The position numbers and the translations under genes are program-made. A stretch of DNA of 64,000 nt from Dehalococcoidia bacterium. Lineage in GTDB: Bacteria > Chloroflexota > Dehalococcoidia > Lucifugimonadales > UBA1127. The notes below the pieces were generated by a model. The model saw nothing but the letters and a program-made list of their open reading frames with translations, did not search any database and was not told the origin of the DNA. Location of the stretch: the NCBI GenBank assembly GCA_965249315.1, contig OZ252225.1:1065951-1129950 (forward strand), in the 5' to 3' direction. This document shows positions 16,293 to 28,289 of the stretch, piece by piece; the stretch's first letter is position 1, and each line of letters starts with the position of its first letter.

Positions 16293-18260
16293 TTGAACCC
16301 TCGACTTCTACGCAGCGGGATCATCTACCTGCTCATCATAGGCGCGGTGCTTGCCATCTTCTTCATCTACTTCCAGCCGGGCTACGGCTCCCAGAACATC
16401 CCCATCACCGAGGTGGTGGAGATGGCCAACAGAGGGGAGATCCGCAGCATCGAGGTGGAGGGGGACAAGCTCACCATCAGGACCACGGACGCCCGGAGCC
16501 TCACCTCCCGCAAAGAGACAGGCTCCAGCCTTGTGGAGATCCTGGAGAGGGCGGGCGTCAACACGGCGGCCATTCCCATCACCGTCAAAGGCGGTGGCGG
16601 GGTGGGCAGCCTCTTCGGCATTCTGCTGAGCTTCCTGCCGCTGATCTTCATCGGAGCGCTGCTCCTCTTCATGATGCGCCAGGCCCAAGGGTCCAACAGC
16701 CAGACGATGCAGTTTGGCCGCACCCGGGCCCGGGTGATCCTGGGCAACCGGCCGACAGTGACCTTCGGTGACGTGGCGGGTGCGGAGGAGGCCAAGCAGG
16801 AGCTCCAGGAGATCGTGGAGTTTCTGCGCTACCCGGAGCGCTTCGCAGCGCTGGGGGCCAGGGTGCCCCGGGGCGTGCTGCTGATGGGCCCTCCGGGCAC
16901 GGGCAAGACCCTCCTCTCCCGAGCCGTTGCCGGCGAGGCAGGTGTGCCTTTCTTCTCCATCAGCGGCTCCGAGTTCGTGGAGATGTTCGTAGGCGTGGGC
17001 GCTTCCCGCGTCCGGGACCTGTTCGACCAGGCGAAGCGCAGCGCTCCGTGCATCGTCTTCATCGACGAGATCGACGCGGTGGGACGCCATCGGGGCGCGG
17101 GTCTGGGCGGCGGCCACGACGAGCGGGAGCAGACCCTCAACCAGATCCTAGTGGAGATGGACGGGTTCGACACGAGCACCAACGTCATCATCGTCGCCGC
17201 CACCAACCGCCCGGACATCCTGGACCCGGCATTGCTGCGCCCGGGCCGCTTCGACCGACGCGTGGTGCTGGACCTGCCGGACGTGGCAGGGCGCAAGGCG
17301 ATCCTGGGCGTGCACACCAAGGGTAAGCCCGTTGAGGAGAGCGTGAGTGCGGAAACCGTGGCGAGGCAGACCGTGGGATTCAGCGGCGCGGACCTGGCCA
17401 ACCTGGTCAACGAGTCGGCCATTCTGGCCGCGCGGCGCAACAAGAAGAGCGTGGGACAGGACGAGTTCGGCGAAGCCATCGACCGGGTTATCGCCGGGCC
17501 GGAGCGGAAGAGCCGCGTGATCTCCAAGCACGAGAAGGATCTGACCGCCTTCCACGAGGCCGGGCACGCCCTGGTGGCCCGCAAGATGCCCCAGGCCGAT
17601 CCTACCCACAAGATCTCCATTGTGGCCCGGGGCGCCATGGGCGGCTACACGCGCTTTCTTCCCGTCGAGGAGCGCCACCTGCAGAGCAAGAAGCAGTTTG
17701 AGGCCATGCTGGCGGTGGCCATGGGCGGCCGCATGGCGGAAGAGGTCAGCTTCGGCGAGGTCACCACGGGAGCGAGCAACGACTTCGAGCAGGCCACGCG
17801 CCTGGCCCGCAACATGGTGACCCGCTTCGGTATGAGCGAGAAGCTGGGCCCCCGGACGTTCGGGCGCCGGGAGGAGCTGGTCTTCCTGGGCCGGGAGATA
17901 TCCGAGCAGCGGGACTACAGCGACCGCATAGCAGAGGAGATCGACGGCGAGGTCCACACGCTCCTGGAGACGGCCCACGATGCGGCCCGACAGATTCTCA
18001 CGGAGAACCGGGCGAAGCTGGACCAGATGGCCCAGTTCCTCGTCCAGTTCGAGTCCATCGAAGGGGAGGAGCTGGAGCGGCTGTTCACCATAGACCCGTC
18101 AGCGTCTGCAGAAGAGGTGGCCCGGACCGTTCGGGTGCCTGCGCCGACGCCGCCAGCCCCGGCGCCCCCGACGGTGGAGCCGGAGGCTGTCCCTTCGTCA
18201 CCGCCCACGGCACAGGACCAGAAGAAGGGCCCCGGCCCGGCGCCAGCGCCCGCCTCCTAG
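16293..18260 (+). CDS. ftsH: ATP-dependent zinc metalloprotease FtsH
   Basis: 655 aa with a TTG start and two N-terminal TM helices. It has an AAA+ Walker A GPPGTGKT, an SRH region and the zinc motif HEAGHAL, followed by a Pro/Ala-rich C-terminal tail. Confidence 0.92.
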   Translation: MNPRLLRSGIIYLLIIGAVLAIFFIYFQPGYGSQNIPITEVVEMANRGEIRSIEVEGDKLTIRTTDARSLTSRKETGSSLVEILERAGVNTAAIPITVKGGGGVGSLFGILLSFLPLIFIGALLLFMMRQAQGSNSQTMQFGRTRARVILGNRPTVTFGDVAGAEEAKQELQEIVEFLRYPERFAALGARVPRGVLLMGPPGTGKTLLSRAVAGEAGVPFFSISGSEFVEMFVGVGASRVRDLFDQAKRSAPCIVFIDEIDAVGRHRGAGLGGGHDEREQTLNQILVEMDGFDTSTNVIIVAATNRPDILDPALLRPGRFDRRVVLDLPDVAGRKAILGVHTKGKPVEESVSAETVARQTVGFSGADLANLVNESAILAARRNKKSVGQDEFGEAIDRVIAGPERKSRVISKHEKDLTAFHEAGHALVARKMPQADPTHKISIVARGAMGGYTRFLPVEERHLQSKKQFEAMLAVAMGGRMAEEVSFGEVTTGASNDFEQATRLARNMVTRFGMSEKLGPRTFGRREELVFLGREISEQRDYSDRIAEEIDGEVHTLLETAHDAARQILTENRAKLDQMAQFLVQFESIEGEELERLFTIDPSASAEEVARTVRVPAPTPPAPAPPTVEPEAVPSSPPTAQDQKKGPGPAPAPAS

Positions 18261-18266
18261 TCCCGG

Positions 18267-19076
18267 CTACCCCGTCCCCTCCGGCTTGCGCGCCACGACT
18301 ATCAGCTCCCCCGGATACGTCGCGCCCATCGGGCTGCCGTCAAAGTCGCTATAGACCGCCTCGACCGTGAAGCCTGCGCGGGCCAGCAGATGCTCCAACT
18401 CGTAGCGGAAGAAGTAACGGTAGGGGAAGGCGTGGACCAGGCGCTCCTTGCGCCCGTCGGGATGCGTGACGGCGTAGATTATCTCGGCGTTCAGGACCTG
18501 GCGATGGAGGTCCACGGAGGCGTCCCGGAAGCGACGGGTCACACTGCGACCATCGTCCAAGAGGAAGGGAGGCTCGTGCGGACCTTCCTGCCCCATTCGC
18601 GGGTCCGTGAGGGCGCGGATGTCCGGGTTGAAGACGTCCAGGGCCAGGCGCCCTCCCGGCTGCAGGTGGCGGTGGGCGCAGGTCAGGCATGCCAACTGCT
18701 CCTCGACCGTAAGCAGGTGCATGAAGGTGAGGAAGGGGATGGTCACCAGTCGGAAGGCGTGCGGCAGCGAGAAGTCTCGCATGTCCCCGTGGACGAGCTG
18801 CACACGCGACTGGACGTCGCCGGCTTCCTGGGCAAGCCTGGCGCGGCACTGCTCCAGCATGGACTCGGAGAGGTCAAGGCCGGTGGTGGATGCGCCGGTG
18901 CGGGCCATGGGGATGAGGAGCCGGCCGGTGCCGCACCCGAGCTCCAGGACGGGGCCTCCGGCGGCCCTGGCAAGGCCACGGTAGAAGACCTCGCTCAGGG
19001 GGTCATGGTAGGCCTGGATGTGGTCGTAGAACTCGGACACAAAGGGGAGGGCTCGGTATCCGCCGCAGTCGTCCAT
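18267..19076 (-). CDS. Class I SAM-dependent methyltransferase
   Basis: 269 aa with motif [17 protein letters not shown], followed by GLDLSESML and the acidic post-I/II pattern. Confidence 0.8.
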   Translation of the reverse strand: MDDCGGYRALPFVSEFYDHIQAYHDPLSEVFYRGLARAAGGPVLELGCGTGRLLIPMARTGASTTGLDLSESMLEQCRARLAQEAGDVQSRVQLVHGDMRDFSLPHAFRLVTIPFLTFMHLLTVEEQLACLTCAHRHLQPGGRLALDVFNPDIRALTDPRMGQEGPHEPPFLLDDGRSVTRRFRDASVDLHRQVLNAEIIYAVTHPDGRKERLVHAFPYRYFFRYELEHLLARAGFTVEAVYSDFDGSPMGATYPGELIVVARKPEGTG

Positions 19077-19148
19077 AGCCGCCTGGAAGAGTCGTATCCG
19101 GTACAGGGGATTCTACCACGCCGACCGGTCGTCGCAGGAGGCGCGGCG

Positions 19149-19178
19149 TTGCTCGCCGTTCGTAGGGTGTGCTATACT
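19149..19178 (+). promoter_or_regulatory. Sigma-70-like promoter with extended -10 upstream of rpsB
   Basis: TTGCTC (19149-19154), an 18-nt spacer containing TGc, then TATACT (19173-19178), 60 nt upstream of the rpsB ATG. Confidence 0.4.
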
Positions 19179-19238
19179 CCGCCACGTCAAATCAGCTACG
19201 AAGAGGTGGGGAGTTCGCTTCGGCGGAAGGCAGGGTGC

Positions 19239-20129
19239 ATGGAGCAGACGACGACAGTGGTGCGGGAACAGGAGCAGCCAAGGGTCCGAGAGCCCCTGAG
19301 CATGAAGGCCCTGCTGGAGGCTGGGGTCCACTTCGGGCATCAGACCCGGCGCTGGCAGCCCCGCATGAAGCGGTACATCTTCACGCAGCGCAATGGCATC
19401 CACATCATCGACCTGCAGCAGACGCTGACCCGCCTGGAGCGGGCGGCGCAGTACCTGGCGGAGCTGGTGGCCAACGGCGGCACCGTGCTCTTCGTGGGCA
19501 CCAAGAAGCAGGCCCAAGAGACGATCGAGACGGAGGCGCGGCGCTGCGAGATGTTCTACGTCAACCAGCGGTGGCTGGGGGGTACGCTGACCAACTGGCA
19601 GACGATCAAGCCCCGCATCGACCGGCTGGACAGCCTGGAACAACACTACCAGCGGGACGAGTTCAGGGGCCTTCCCAAGAAGGACGCCCTGCGCCTGGAG
19701 GACGAGCTCAATCGCCTGCGCAAGTACCTGCGAGGCATGCAGGGATTGTCGACGCTGCCGAACGTCATCTTCATCATCGACCTGGGACGGGAGAACATCG
19801 CCGTGGCAGAGGCCCGGAAGTTGCGCATCCCCACCGTGGCCCTGGTGGACACGGACTGCGACCCCTCCACCGTGATCCACGCCATCCCAGGGAACGACGA
19901 CGCCATCCGCTCGATTCGCCTGGTGACCACCCGCCTGGCAGATGCGGTCATTGCGGGCCGGGAGCTGCGCAAGGCCCGGGAGGCGGAGGCCCGGGAGGCG
20001 GAGGCCCTGCAGGCGGCCCTGGAAGAGCAGCAGCTGGACGAGAAGGTGGTGGCGGAGTTCGACATTTCTCCCGACGACGAGGCAATGCTTCCCGAGTCAG
20101 AGGAACAGGCGCCGGTCCAAGAGGCCTAG
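19239..20129 (+). CDS. rpsB: 30S ribosomal protein S2
   Basis: The internal ATG 19239 of the long track ORF gives MEQTT...[41 protein letters not shown], the canonical S2 N-terminus. The C-terminal tail is acidic. Confidence 0.9.
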   Translation: MEQTTTVVREQEQPRVREPLSMKALLEAGVHFGHQTRRWQPRMKRYIFTQRNGIHIIDLQQTLTRLERAAQYLAELVANGGTVLFVGTKKQAQETIETEARRCEMFYVNQRWLGGTLTNWQTIKPRIDRLDSLEQHYQRDEFRGLPKKDALRLEDELNRLRKYLRGMQGLSTLPNVIFIIDLGRENIAVAEARKLRIPTVALVDTDCDPSTVIHAIPGNDDAIRSIRLVTTRLADAVIAGRELRKAREAEAREAEALQAALEEQQLDEKVVAEFDISPDDEAMLPESEEQAPVQEA

Positions 20130-20152
20130 ACGCCTGCAGGCACTCACTCCCC

Positions 20153-20173
20153 AGCCCGCGGGTTGGGCGGGCT
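20153..20173 (+). terminator. Hairpin between rpsB and tsf (possible attenuator)
   Basis: AGCCCGC (20153-20159) pairs with GCGGGCT (20167-20173) across a 7-nt loop and is followed by TTCC. Confidence 0.3.
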
Positions 20174-20180
20174 TTCCAGG

Positions 20181-20729
20181 ATGGAGAGGGCAGTGAGCAC
20201 GAACGCGCAAGGAGAGCGGACATTGGGCATCACGGTTGACGCAATCAAGGCCCTTCGGGACCTCACCGGCGCCGGGGTCATGGACTGCCGGAGAGCGCTG
20301 GAGGAGGCGGAGGGGGACCTGGACAGGGCCCAGGAGGTGCTGCGGGAGAAGGGCGTGGCGGCGGCGGTCAAACGATCCGACCGGGCTACCAATGAGGGCG
20401 TCATCGAGTCCTACATCCACAGCGGCAACCGCCTGGGCGCCATAGTGGAGCTCAACTGCGAGACGGACTTCGTCGCGCGGACGGAGGAGTTCCACTCACT
20501 GGCCCACGACCTGGCGATGCAGGTGGCAGCCATGGGCCCCCGCTACCTGTCCCCGGAGGACCTCCCACAAGACGAATCCCTAGCCCCCGAGCAGGACTGC
20601 CTGCTCTGCCAGCCGTTCATCAAGGACCCCGGCCGCACGGTGCAGGACCTGATCAACGAGGTTCGAGGCAGAACGGGAGAGAACATCCAGGTGAGGCGGT
20701 TCGTCCGCTACACACTTGGCCAGGAGTAG
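20181..20729 (+). CDS. tsf: Elongation factor Ts (short form)
   Basis: ITVDAIKALRDLTGAGVMDCRRALEEAEGDLDRAQEVLREKG is the UBA-like EF-Ts N-terminus, with ETDFVART downstream. The start is uncertain. Candidates are ATG 20181 and TTG 20223, which sits 6 nt after GGAGAG. The track start at 20163 lies in the preceding hairpin. Confidence 0.85.
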   Translation: MERAVSTNAQGERTLGITVDAIKALRDLTGAGVMDCRRALEEAEGDLDRAQEVLREKGVAAAVKRSDRATNEGVIESYIHSGNRLGAIVELNCETDFVARTEEFHSLAHDLAMQVAAMGPRYLSPEDLPQDESLAPEQDCLLCQPFIKDPGRTVQDLINEVRGRTGENIQVRRFVRYTLGQE

Positions 20730-22051
<1,322 letters not shown>

Positions 22052-22067
22052 ACCCGGACAGCGACGG

Positions 22068-22817
22068 ATGCAGGTCAGACTCCAACCCGCCGACACCTCC
22101 CCACATCCCGCGTACCCCGCGCCCCAACATGTCGCGATCATCATGGACGGCAACGGGCGGTGGGCCAGACGACGGGACCTGCCCAGGCAGGAAGGCCACC
22201 GCGCGGGCACGGAGAACATCCGGGCCGTAGCGCGCTGCATGTCCGACCGGGGCGTCAGTTACCTGACGCTGTACGCGTTCTCCACGGAGAACTGGCGCCG
22301 CCCCCAGGGTGAAGTCGAGGGGCTGCTGGGCATCTTCAGCGACGCACTCAGCCGAGAGGTAGCGGCCCTGCACAGGGACGGCGTGCGCCTCCGGCACGTG
22401 GGGCGTCTGGACCGCCTGTCCCCGGGCCTCCGGCAGGCCATCGAGGGGGCGCAGGCCCTGACGCACGACAACCCCGGACTGACGCTCAGCGTGGCCTTCG
22501 ACTACGGGAGTCGAGACGAGATCCTCGGGGCCATGCGCAGGATGCTGGCCGACGGGGTAGCCCCGGAGCAGGTGGACGACTCCCTGCTGGCCCGGTACCT
22601 GTACACGGCGGATCTTCCCGACCCGGACCTGATTATCCGCACCGGGGGCGAGAGGCGTCTGAGCAACTTCCTCCTCTGGCAGGCTGCCTACAGCGAGTAC
22701 TACTTCACACCCGTGCTCTGGCCGGACTTCGACGAGGCGGAGGCGGCCCGGGCGCTGGAGGAGTACGGCCTGCGTCACCGCAGATACGGGGGTCTGGCGC
22801 CCGACGAGGAGTGCTAG
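22068..22817 (+). CDS. uppS: Isoprenyl transferase (undecaprenyl diphosphate synthase)
   Basis: HVAIIMDGNGRWA, GHRAG, LTLYAFSTENWRRP, RTGGERRLSNFLLWQAAYSEYYF. Confidence 0.9.
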   Translation: MQVRLQPADTSPHPAYPAPQHVAIIMDGNGRWARRRDLPRQEGHRAGTENIRAVARCMSDRGVSYLTLYAFSTENWRRPQGEVEGLLGIFSDALSREVAALHRDGVRLRHVGRLDRLSPGLRQAIEGAQALTHDNPGLTLSVAFDYGSRDEILGAMRRMLADGVAPEQVDDSLLARYLYTADLPDPDLIIRTGGERRLSNFLLWQAAYSEYYFTPVLWPDFDEAEAARALEEYGLRHRRYGGLAPDEEC

Positions 22818-22824
22818 CGCGCCC

Positions 22825-23610
22825 ATGCGTGCTCGAGTCGCCTCAGCCGCCGTTGGTCTCCCCCTCGTCCTACTCGCCGTCTACGCCGGGTCGCCCTGGC
22901 TGGCCGTCCTTGCAGGGCTGGCGGGCCTGTGGGCCCTCTGGGAGCTGCACTCCATGCTGCTCCGGCCCCTGGACGTCCCGCTCCTCGTCCTGAGCTGGGC
23001 GTGGATGGCCGGACTGCTGGCGAACGGGGAGCTCGAAGGGTCGCACACTCTAGCCGCGGTCACTGCGGGCCTCATGGCAACCTTGGCATGGGTGCTGCTG
23101 CGCGGCCGTCGAGAGGCGGCCCTACCCGCGCTGGCCGCGGGAGTCGTCGGCCCGCTGTACATTGGCCTCCCTCTCTCCTTCGCCCTGATGCTGCGGGCCA
23201 AGGAGCAGGGATGGGAGTGGCTGCTCCTGGGACTGCTGACGACCTTCGCCATAGACTCGGCGGCCTTCTTCACGGGCAAGGCGGTGGGCAAGCGGCCGCT
23301 TGCGCCGACCATCAGCCCGGGCAAGACCTGGGAGGGCGGCATTGCAGGGCTCGTGGGAGGGGCAGCGGCAGCCACGGCCCTGGACGCTCTGCTCTCGCTA
23401 CCCCTGCAGCCGTGGGAGGCAGTGCTGGCCGGGCTGGCCCTGGGGGTTGTGGCCCAAGCGGGAGACCTGGTGGAGTCGGCGCTGAAGCGAGCGGCGGCGG
23501 TCAAGGAGGCCGGCTGGCTCATCCCCGGCCACGGGGGGATACTGGACCGGATGGACTCCGTTGTGTTCGTTCTGGCGCCCCTGTATTATCTAGCTATATG
23601 GGTAGATTAG
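22825..23610 (+). CDS. cdsA: Phosphatidate cytidylyltransferase
   Basis: 261-aa polytopic membrane protein with the CdsA signature region SPGKTWEGGIAG...GDLVESALKRAAAVKEAGWLIPGHGGILDRMDS. Confidence 0.88.
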   Translation: MRARVASAAVGLPLVLLAVYAGSPWLAVLAGLAGLWALWELHSMLLRPLDVPLLVLSWAWMAGLLANGELEGSHTLAAVTAGLMATLAWVLLRGRREAALPALAAGVVGPLYIGLPLSFALMLRAKEQGWEWLLLGLLTTFAIDSAAFFTGKAVGKRPLAPTISPGKTWEGGIAGLVGGAAAATALDALLSLPLQPWEAVLAGLALGVVAQAGDLVESALKRAAAVKEAGWLIPGHGGILDRMDSVVFVLAPLYYLAIWVD

Positions 23611-23638
23611 ACGCCCATCCCCTCCGGCGTGGCGAACC

Positions 23639-24778
23639 ATGAAACGAATAGTCGTCCTGGGCTCCACAGGCTCCATCGGCACCCAGACTCTGGACGTGGT
23701 GCGCACGTTCCCGGAGGAGTTCGAGGTGCTGGGCCTCTCCGCCTGGAACAACCGGGACCTGCTGCAGCAGCAGGCGTGGGAGTTCCGGCCGCAGATGCTC
23801 TTCCACCGGGACGACGGCGCTGCCCTAGAGCTTCCCCCCGAATGCCGTCGCGTCTCCAGCCTGGAGGAGATGGCCTCGCACAGCGACGTGGAGCTGGTGG
23901 TGCAGGGGATGGTGGGCAACGCAGGCCTCCTTCCCACGCTGGCCGCTCTGCAGGCCGGGAAGCAGGTGGCCCTGGCGAACAAGGAACCCATCGTCGTTGC
24001 GGGGGAGCTGCTGACGGATGAGGCCCGGCGCTGCGGAGGGGAGATCCTGCCCGTGGACAGCGAGCCGAGCGCCATCTGGCAGTGCCTCCGCGGAGAGGCG
24101 CCGGACCGGGAGGTTCGGCGGCTCTTCATCACCGCCTCGGGCGGGCCCTTCCGCAAACGGCCGCTGGAGGAGCTGGCGGACGTGACCCCCGAAGAGGCTC
24201 TGCGGCACCCCACCTGGCACATGGGAAACAAGATCACCATCGACTCGGCGACGCTGATGAACAAGGGGTTCGAGGTCATAGAGGCGCACTGGCTCTTCCG
24301 GGTGTCGTGGGAGCAGCTGGAGGTGGTGGTCCATCCCCAGAGCATCATCCACTCCATGGTGGAGTTCAACGACGGCTCGGTGAAGGCGCAACTGGGCTGG
24401 CCGGACATGCGGGTGCCCATCCAGTACGCCATGTTCTACCCCCGACGGCCGCACAACCCGCGGGTGGAGGCCTTCGACCCGGTGCGGTCGGGTCCGCTGA
24501 CCTTTGAGCCGCTCGACGAGGCCCGGTACCCGTGCTTCACGCTGGCGCTGGAGGCCGGACGAAAGGGCGGCACCTACCCAGCGGCCCTGAGCGCCGCGGA
24601 CGAGGTGGCGGTGAAACGCTTCCTACGAGGCGAGATCGGCTTTTCGTCCATCTACGGGGTCGTTGCGAGCGTCCTGGACCGCCATCAGACGTCCCCGAAC
24701 CCAACGACTGAACAGCTCCTTGTAGCCGACGCCTGGGCACGCCAGGCGGCCGAGGAGGAGGTCGTGGGGGTGGCGTGA
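23639..24778 (+). CDS. dxr: 1-deoxy-D-xylulose 5-phosphate reductoisomerase
   Basis: MKRIVVLGSTGSIGTQTLDV, LANKE, DSEPSAIWQC, ITASGGPFR, HPTWHMGNKITIDSATLMNKGFEVIEA. Confidence 0.92.
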   Translation: MKRIVVLGSTGSIGTQTLDVVRTFPEEFEVLGLSAWNNRDLLQQQAWEFRPQMLFHRDDGAALELPPECRRVSSLEEMASHSDVELVVQGMVGNAGLLPTLAALQAGKQVALANKEPIVVAGELLTDEARRCGGEILPVDSEPSAIWQCLRGEAPDREVRRLFITASGGPFRKRPLEELADVTPEEALRHPTWHMGNKITIDSATLMNKGFEVIEAHWLFRVSWEQLEVVVHPQSIIHSMVEFNDGSVKAQLGWPDMRVPIQYAMFYPRRPHNPRVEAFDPVRSGPLTFEPLDEARYPCFTLALEAGRKGGTYPAALSAADEVAVKRFLRGEIGFSSIYGVVASVLDRHQTSPNPTTEQLLVADAWARQAAEEEVVGVA

Positions 24779-25920
24779 CCACGTACGTTGATCTGCTCCA
24801 AAGCGTCCTGCCCTTCGTCGGTGTCCTGGTTGTCCTCATCCTGGTCCACGAGCTGGGGCACTTCCTCGCTGCTCGGGCCTACGGCATCAAGGTCCTGGAG
24901 TTCGGCGTGGGCTTTCCGCCGCGCCTCCTCTCGATTCGTCGGGGGGAGACCGTCTACTCGGTGAACCTCATCCCGCTGGGGGGCTTCGTGAAGCTCCTGG
25001 GCGAAGAGGACCCCACCGAGCCGGGCAGCCTAGCGCGCCGAGGGGTGTTCACGCGCTTCGTGGTGCTGAGCGCAGGGGCCGTCATGAACGTCCTCCTGCC
25101 ACTGCTGATTTTCACGGTGCTCTTCATGGTCCCGCAGAAGACCGTGGAGGGCCGCGTGCAGCTCCAGGCGGTGGCGCCCAACTCGCCTGCCGAGCAGGCA
25201 GGGCTGCGGCCCGGGGACTTCGTGGAGCGGGTGGACGGCCACCGCATCGCCAACACGGCGGACCTGTCATACCGCATCCACCTCAAGCTGGGCAACGAGA
25301 CAAAATGGGAGGTCCTCCGGGAGAAGCCGCGCATCACCGCTCCCCTGGGGGTGGGAGGCGACCCGGGGCTGACGGCCGACCTGCCTCCCGCGGAGTCCAC
25401 GCCGTTCACGTTCCACCTGGTGCCGCGGTGGAAGCCGCCGCCTGGGGAGGGCAACGTGGGAGTCGTCATCGCCACCACGTCGCCGGCGGTCGTCAGCCGC
25501 TCGGAGCCCGTCTGGGAAGCAGTGCCCCACGCCTTCCGGCGCATGGGCGAGATCCTGCTGCTCGTCCGCAACGAGATCTTCGGCCTCTTCATCGGGGACC
25601 GGAACCCGCAGGTCGCGGGGCCCGTGGGAATTGCCCAGATCAGCGGGGAGGTAGCAAAGGCGGGCTGGGTGCCCCTGATGGAGCTGGGGGCGCTTCTGAG
25701 CCTGAACCTCGCCATCCTCAACATCCTTCCCATCCCCGCGCTGGACGGCGGGCGCCTGGTCTTCGTCTTCCTGGAGTGGGTGCGGAGGGGCAAGCGGATC
25801 CGGCCGGAACGGGAAGGACTTGTTCACCTGGTGGGCTTTGTGGTCCTGATCAGCTTCATCGTCGTCGTCAGCTACTTCGACATACTGCGCATCATCCGCG
25901 GCGAGAGCCTGCTTCGGTAG
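24775..25920 (+). CDS. rseP: RIP site-2 metalloprotease (M50, RseP-like)
   Basis: The GTG overlaps the dxr stop (GTGA). It has HELGHFLAAR (HExxH) in TM1, a central PDZ-like region, and a C-terminal NILPIPALDGG motif. Confidence 0.88.
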   Translation: MTTYVDLLQSVLPFVGVLVVLILVHELGHFLAARAYGIKVLEFGVGFPPRLLSIRRGETVYSVNLIPLGGFVKLLGEEDPTEPGSLARRGVFTRFVVLSAGAVMNVLLPLLIFTVLFMVPQKTVEGRVQLQAVAPNSPAEQAGLRPGDFVERVDGHRIANTADLSYRIHLKLGNETKWEVLREKPRITAPLGVGGDPGLTADLPPAESTPFTFHLVPRWKPPPGEGNVGVVIATTSPAVVSRSEPVWEAVPHAFRRMGEILLLVRNEIFGLFIGDRNPQVAGPVGIAQISGEVAKAGWVPLMELGALLSLNLAILNILPIPALDGGRLVFVFLEWVRRGKRIRPEREGLVHLVGFVVLISFIVVVSYFDILRIIRGESLLR

Positions 25921-25977
25921 ACGCACAGGCGGCCCTGTGGTACAAAGGAGACGCATAGCGGACGTTCTACGACCGCG

Positions 25978-27147
25978 ATGGGAGTGAGGAGCTACGTGGC
26001 AAAACGCCGAGTCACCAAGCCAGTCTACGTGGGAGACGTCAAAGTAGGCGGCGGAGCGGACATCTCCGTCCAGTCCATGACCAAGACCGACACCCGCGAC
26101 GTGGACGCGACAGTGGAGCAGATTCTGGGGCTGGAAGAGGTGGGGTGCGAGATCATCCGCTGTGCCGTGCCCGACATGGAGGCGGCCCAGGCGCTGGGGG
26201 CGATCAAGAAGCGCATCCACATCCCCCTGGTGGCAGACATCCACTTCCACTACCGGCTGGCCCTGGAGGCGGTGCGCCAAGGGGTGGACTGCCTGCGCCT
26301 CAACCCAGGCAACCTGCGCAACACCGAGCAGGTCCGGGAGGTGGTGGCCGCGGCCAAGGAGCGGAGCATTCCCATCCGCATCGGCGTCAACTTCGGGAGC
26401 CTGCCCCCGGTGGGCGGCATCGGGCAGACAGGCGGCTTCTCTCGCTTGTACGACATGGTCAACCGGCTGCCCAAGGAGGGAGAGGCCGAAGCGGGCGAGT
26501 ACAGCATCGTGGACCACATGGTGGCGACGGCGCTGTGGGAGATCGCGATCCTGGAGGAGATGGACTTCGACCTCATCAAGGTCTCCCTGAAAGCCTTCGA
26601 CGTGCCGACGACGGTGGAGGCCTACCGCCGACTGGCCGGGATGGTTCCCTACCCGCTCCACCTGGGCATCACCGAGTCGGGGACGGTGCAGTCAGGCTCC
26701 GTGCGAAGCGCCGTGGGGCTGGGCTACATGCTGTACGAGGGTATCGGCGACACGATTCGGGTCTCGCTGAGCGGCGACTCCCAAGACGAGGTGCGGGCCG
26801 GCTACGATATCCTGAAGTCGCTCAACCTGCGGGAGAAGGGAGCGACCCTGGTGGCCTGCCCCTCCTGCGGCCGCGCGGACGTGGACGTCATCAAGCTGGC
26901 GAACGAGGTGGACGCGCTCATCAAGGGCATGGACGCCCCGGTGAAGGTGGCCGTGATGGGGTGCGAGGTCAACGGCCCCGGCGAGGCCAAGGACGCCGAC
27001 GTGGGCATTGCCGCCGGCGCGGGCCGGGCCATCATCTTCCGCAAAGGGCAGAAGGCCCGAGTGGTGCTTGCCGCGGACATGCTGACTGCGCTCATGGAGG
27101 AGGTGGAGCAGGTGGCGGCGGAGAAGCAATCGGTGGCGGCGGACTAG
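25978..27147 (+). CDS. ispG: (E)-4-hydroxy-3-methylbut-2-enyl-diphosphate synthase (IspG/GcpE)
   Basis: VQSMTKTDTRDV, IIRCAVPD, ADIHFHYRLAL, RLNPGN, the C-terminal cluster CPSCGR...MGCEVNGPGE. Confidence 0.92.
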   Translation: MGVRSYVAKRRVTKPVYVGDVKVGGGADISVQSMTKTDTRDVDATVEQILGLEEVGCEIIRCAVPDMEAAQALGAIKKRIHIPLVADIHFHYRLALEAVRQGVDCLRLNPGNLRNTEQVREVVAAAKERSIPIRIGVNFGSLPPVGGIGQTGGFSRLYDMVNRLPKEGEAEAGEYSIVDHMVATALWEIAILEEMDFDLIKVSLKAFDVPTTVEAYRRLAGMVPYPLHLGITESGTVQSGSVRSAVGLGYMLYEGIGDTIRVSLSGDSQDEVRAGYDILKSLNLREKGATLVACPSCGRADVDVIKLANEVDALIKGMDAPVKVAVMGCEVNGPGEAKDADVGIAAGAGRAIIFRKGQKARVVLAADMLTALMEEVEQVAAEKQSVAAD

Positions 27148-27222
27148 GCGGCGCCCCGCCCCAACCCTCTCCCAAGGAGAGAGGGAGATTTCGGGGGTAT
27201 TCCTACGGTACACCTTGGTCTG

Positions 27223-27420
27223 CCCACCCGCCCACCCTCGGGTGTTTGGTAACTAGGGGTACATCCCCCAGAGCGGCTCACCGCCCCAAAGCGAAGGGAG
27301 ACCCCCCTGGGCTTCCCCGCACCACCGTCGCATTTCCCACCCGCCGGCCCTGGGATTTCTTCTTGGGAGCTGCGCCCCCCAGACCCCCGCTCTGAGGTGC
27401 GGGCGGTTCGCGAACCGCCC
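27223..27420 (+). repeat. Cluster of dispersed intergenic repeat units (type-2 partial, type-1, type-2) ending in a perfect 20-nt palindrome
   Basis: 27245-27318 matches 2-77, and 27331-27410 matches 15926-16006. 27223-27249 repeats the CCCACCCGCCCACCCT.G.G head of the type-2 unit. GGGCGGTTCGCGAACCGCCC (27401-27420) is self-complementary. Confidence 0.65.
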
Positions 27421-27483
27421 TACGGGGAATCGCCCTGCCTCACCCCTGGGTCCCGGCCTTCGCCGGGACGACGATGGCTGGTT

Positions 27484-28200
27484 TCAGGCTTCCCCCACGT
27501 GGATGGTCACGGTGCCCAGGGCGAGCCTGCGGAACCGGACGTTCGTCAGGCCTGCGCCCTCCATGCGCTCCGCGAGTTCCGTGGCGGAGAGGAAGGCGTC
27601 GATGGACGAGGGGAGGTACGTGTAGGCCTCTCGGTCCCGGGCGACGAGGGCGCCCAGCAGAGGCATCACCCCGTGGAAGTAGAGGCGGAGCAGCGGCGAG
27701 AGAGGACCTCCCCGCCAGGGCGTGATCTCCAGGGAGACGACGCTCCCTCCGGGCCGGGTCACGCGCCGCATCTCCGCCAAGGCGATCGAGACGTCCGAGA
27801 CGTTGCGCAGGGTGAAGGCGGTGACGGCGCAGTCGAAGGTGTCGTCGGGGAAGGGCAGTCGGAGAGCGTGGCCGAGGCCCAGATGGACCCGCTTCGCCGA
27901 ACCCTGCCGGGCCACCTTGCAAAGCCCACGCTCCACCATGGAGGGAGCCAAGTCGACGCCCACAACCCGTCGTAGGGGATGGCGGGCCAGCTCCAGGGAT
28001 AGGTCGCCGGTGCCACATCCCACGTCGAGGGCCGTGCCGTCCCTCGGAGGCGCCGCTAGCTTCACGGCCAGGCGACGCCAGGCGTGGTGCCGCCCTCCGC
28101 TCATGAGGCTGTTGAGAAGGTCGTAGCGGGGAGCTATGCGCTCGAAGAGGGCCCGAACGCGGCCAGTCCTGGGGTCCGGCTCCGGGGTCGTCCGGGCCAC
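27484..28200 (-). CDS. menG: Demethylmenaquinone/ubiquinone methyltransferase (UbiE/MenG)
   Basis: 238 aa: FERIAPRYDLLNSLMSGGRHHAWRR, LDVGCGTGDL, RVTRPGG, TIHVGE tail. Confidence 0.85.
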   Translation of the reverse strand: MARTTPEPDPRTGRVRALFERIAPRYDLLNSLMSGGRHHAWRRLAVKLAAPPRDGTALDVGCGTGDLSLELARHPLRRVVGVDLAPSMVERGLCKVARQGSAKRVHLGLGHALRLPFPDDTFDCAVTAFTLRNVSDVSIALAEMRRVTRPGGSVVSLEITPWRGGPLSPLLRLYFHGVMPLLGALVARDREAYTYLPSSIDAFLSATELAERMEGAGLTNVRFRRLALGTVTIHVGEA

Positions 28201-28289
28201 CTACGACTCCGCGGCCGGCTGCCGGTCCGGCGGGCCCATCGGGTGCGTTAGCAGGTCTGCCACTGACATCTCCTTCGCGCCGGCCCGGC

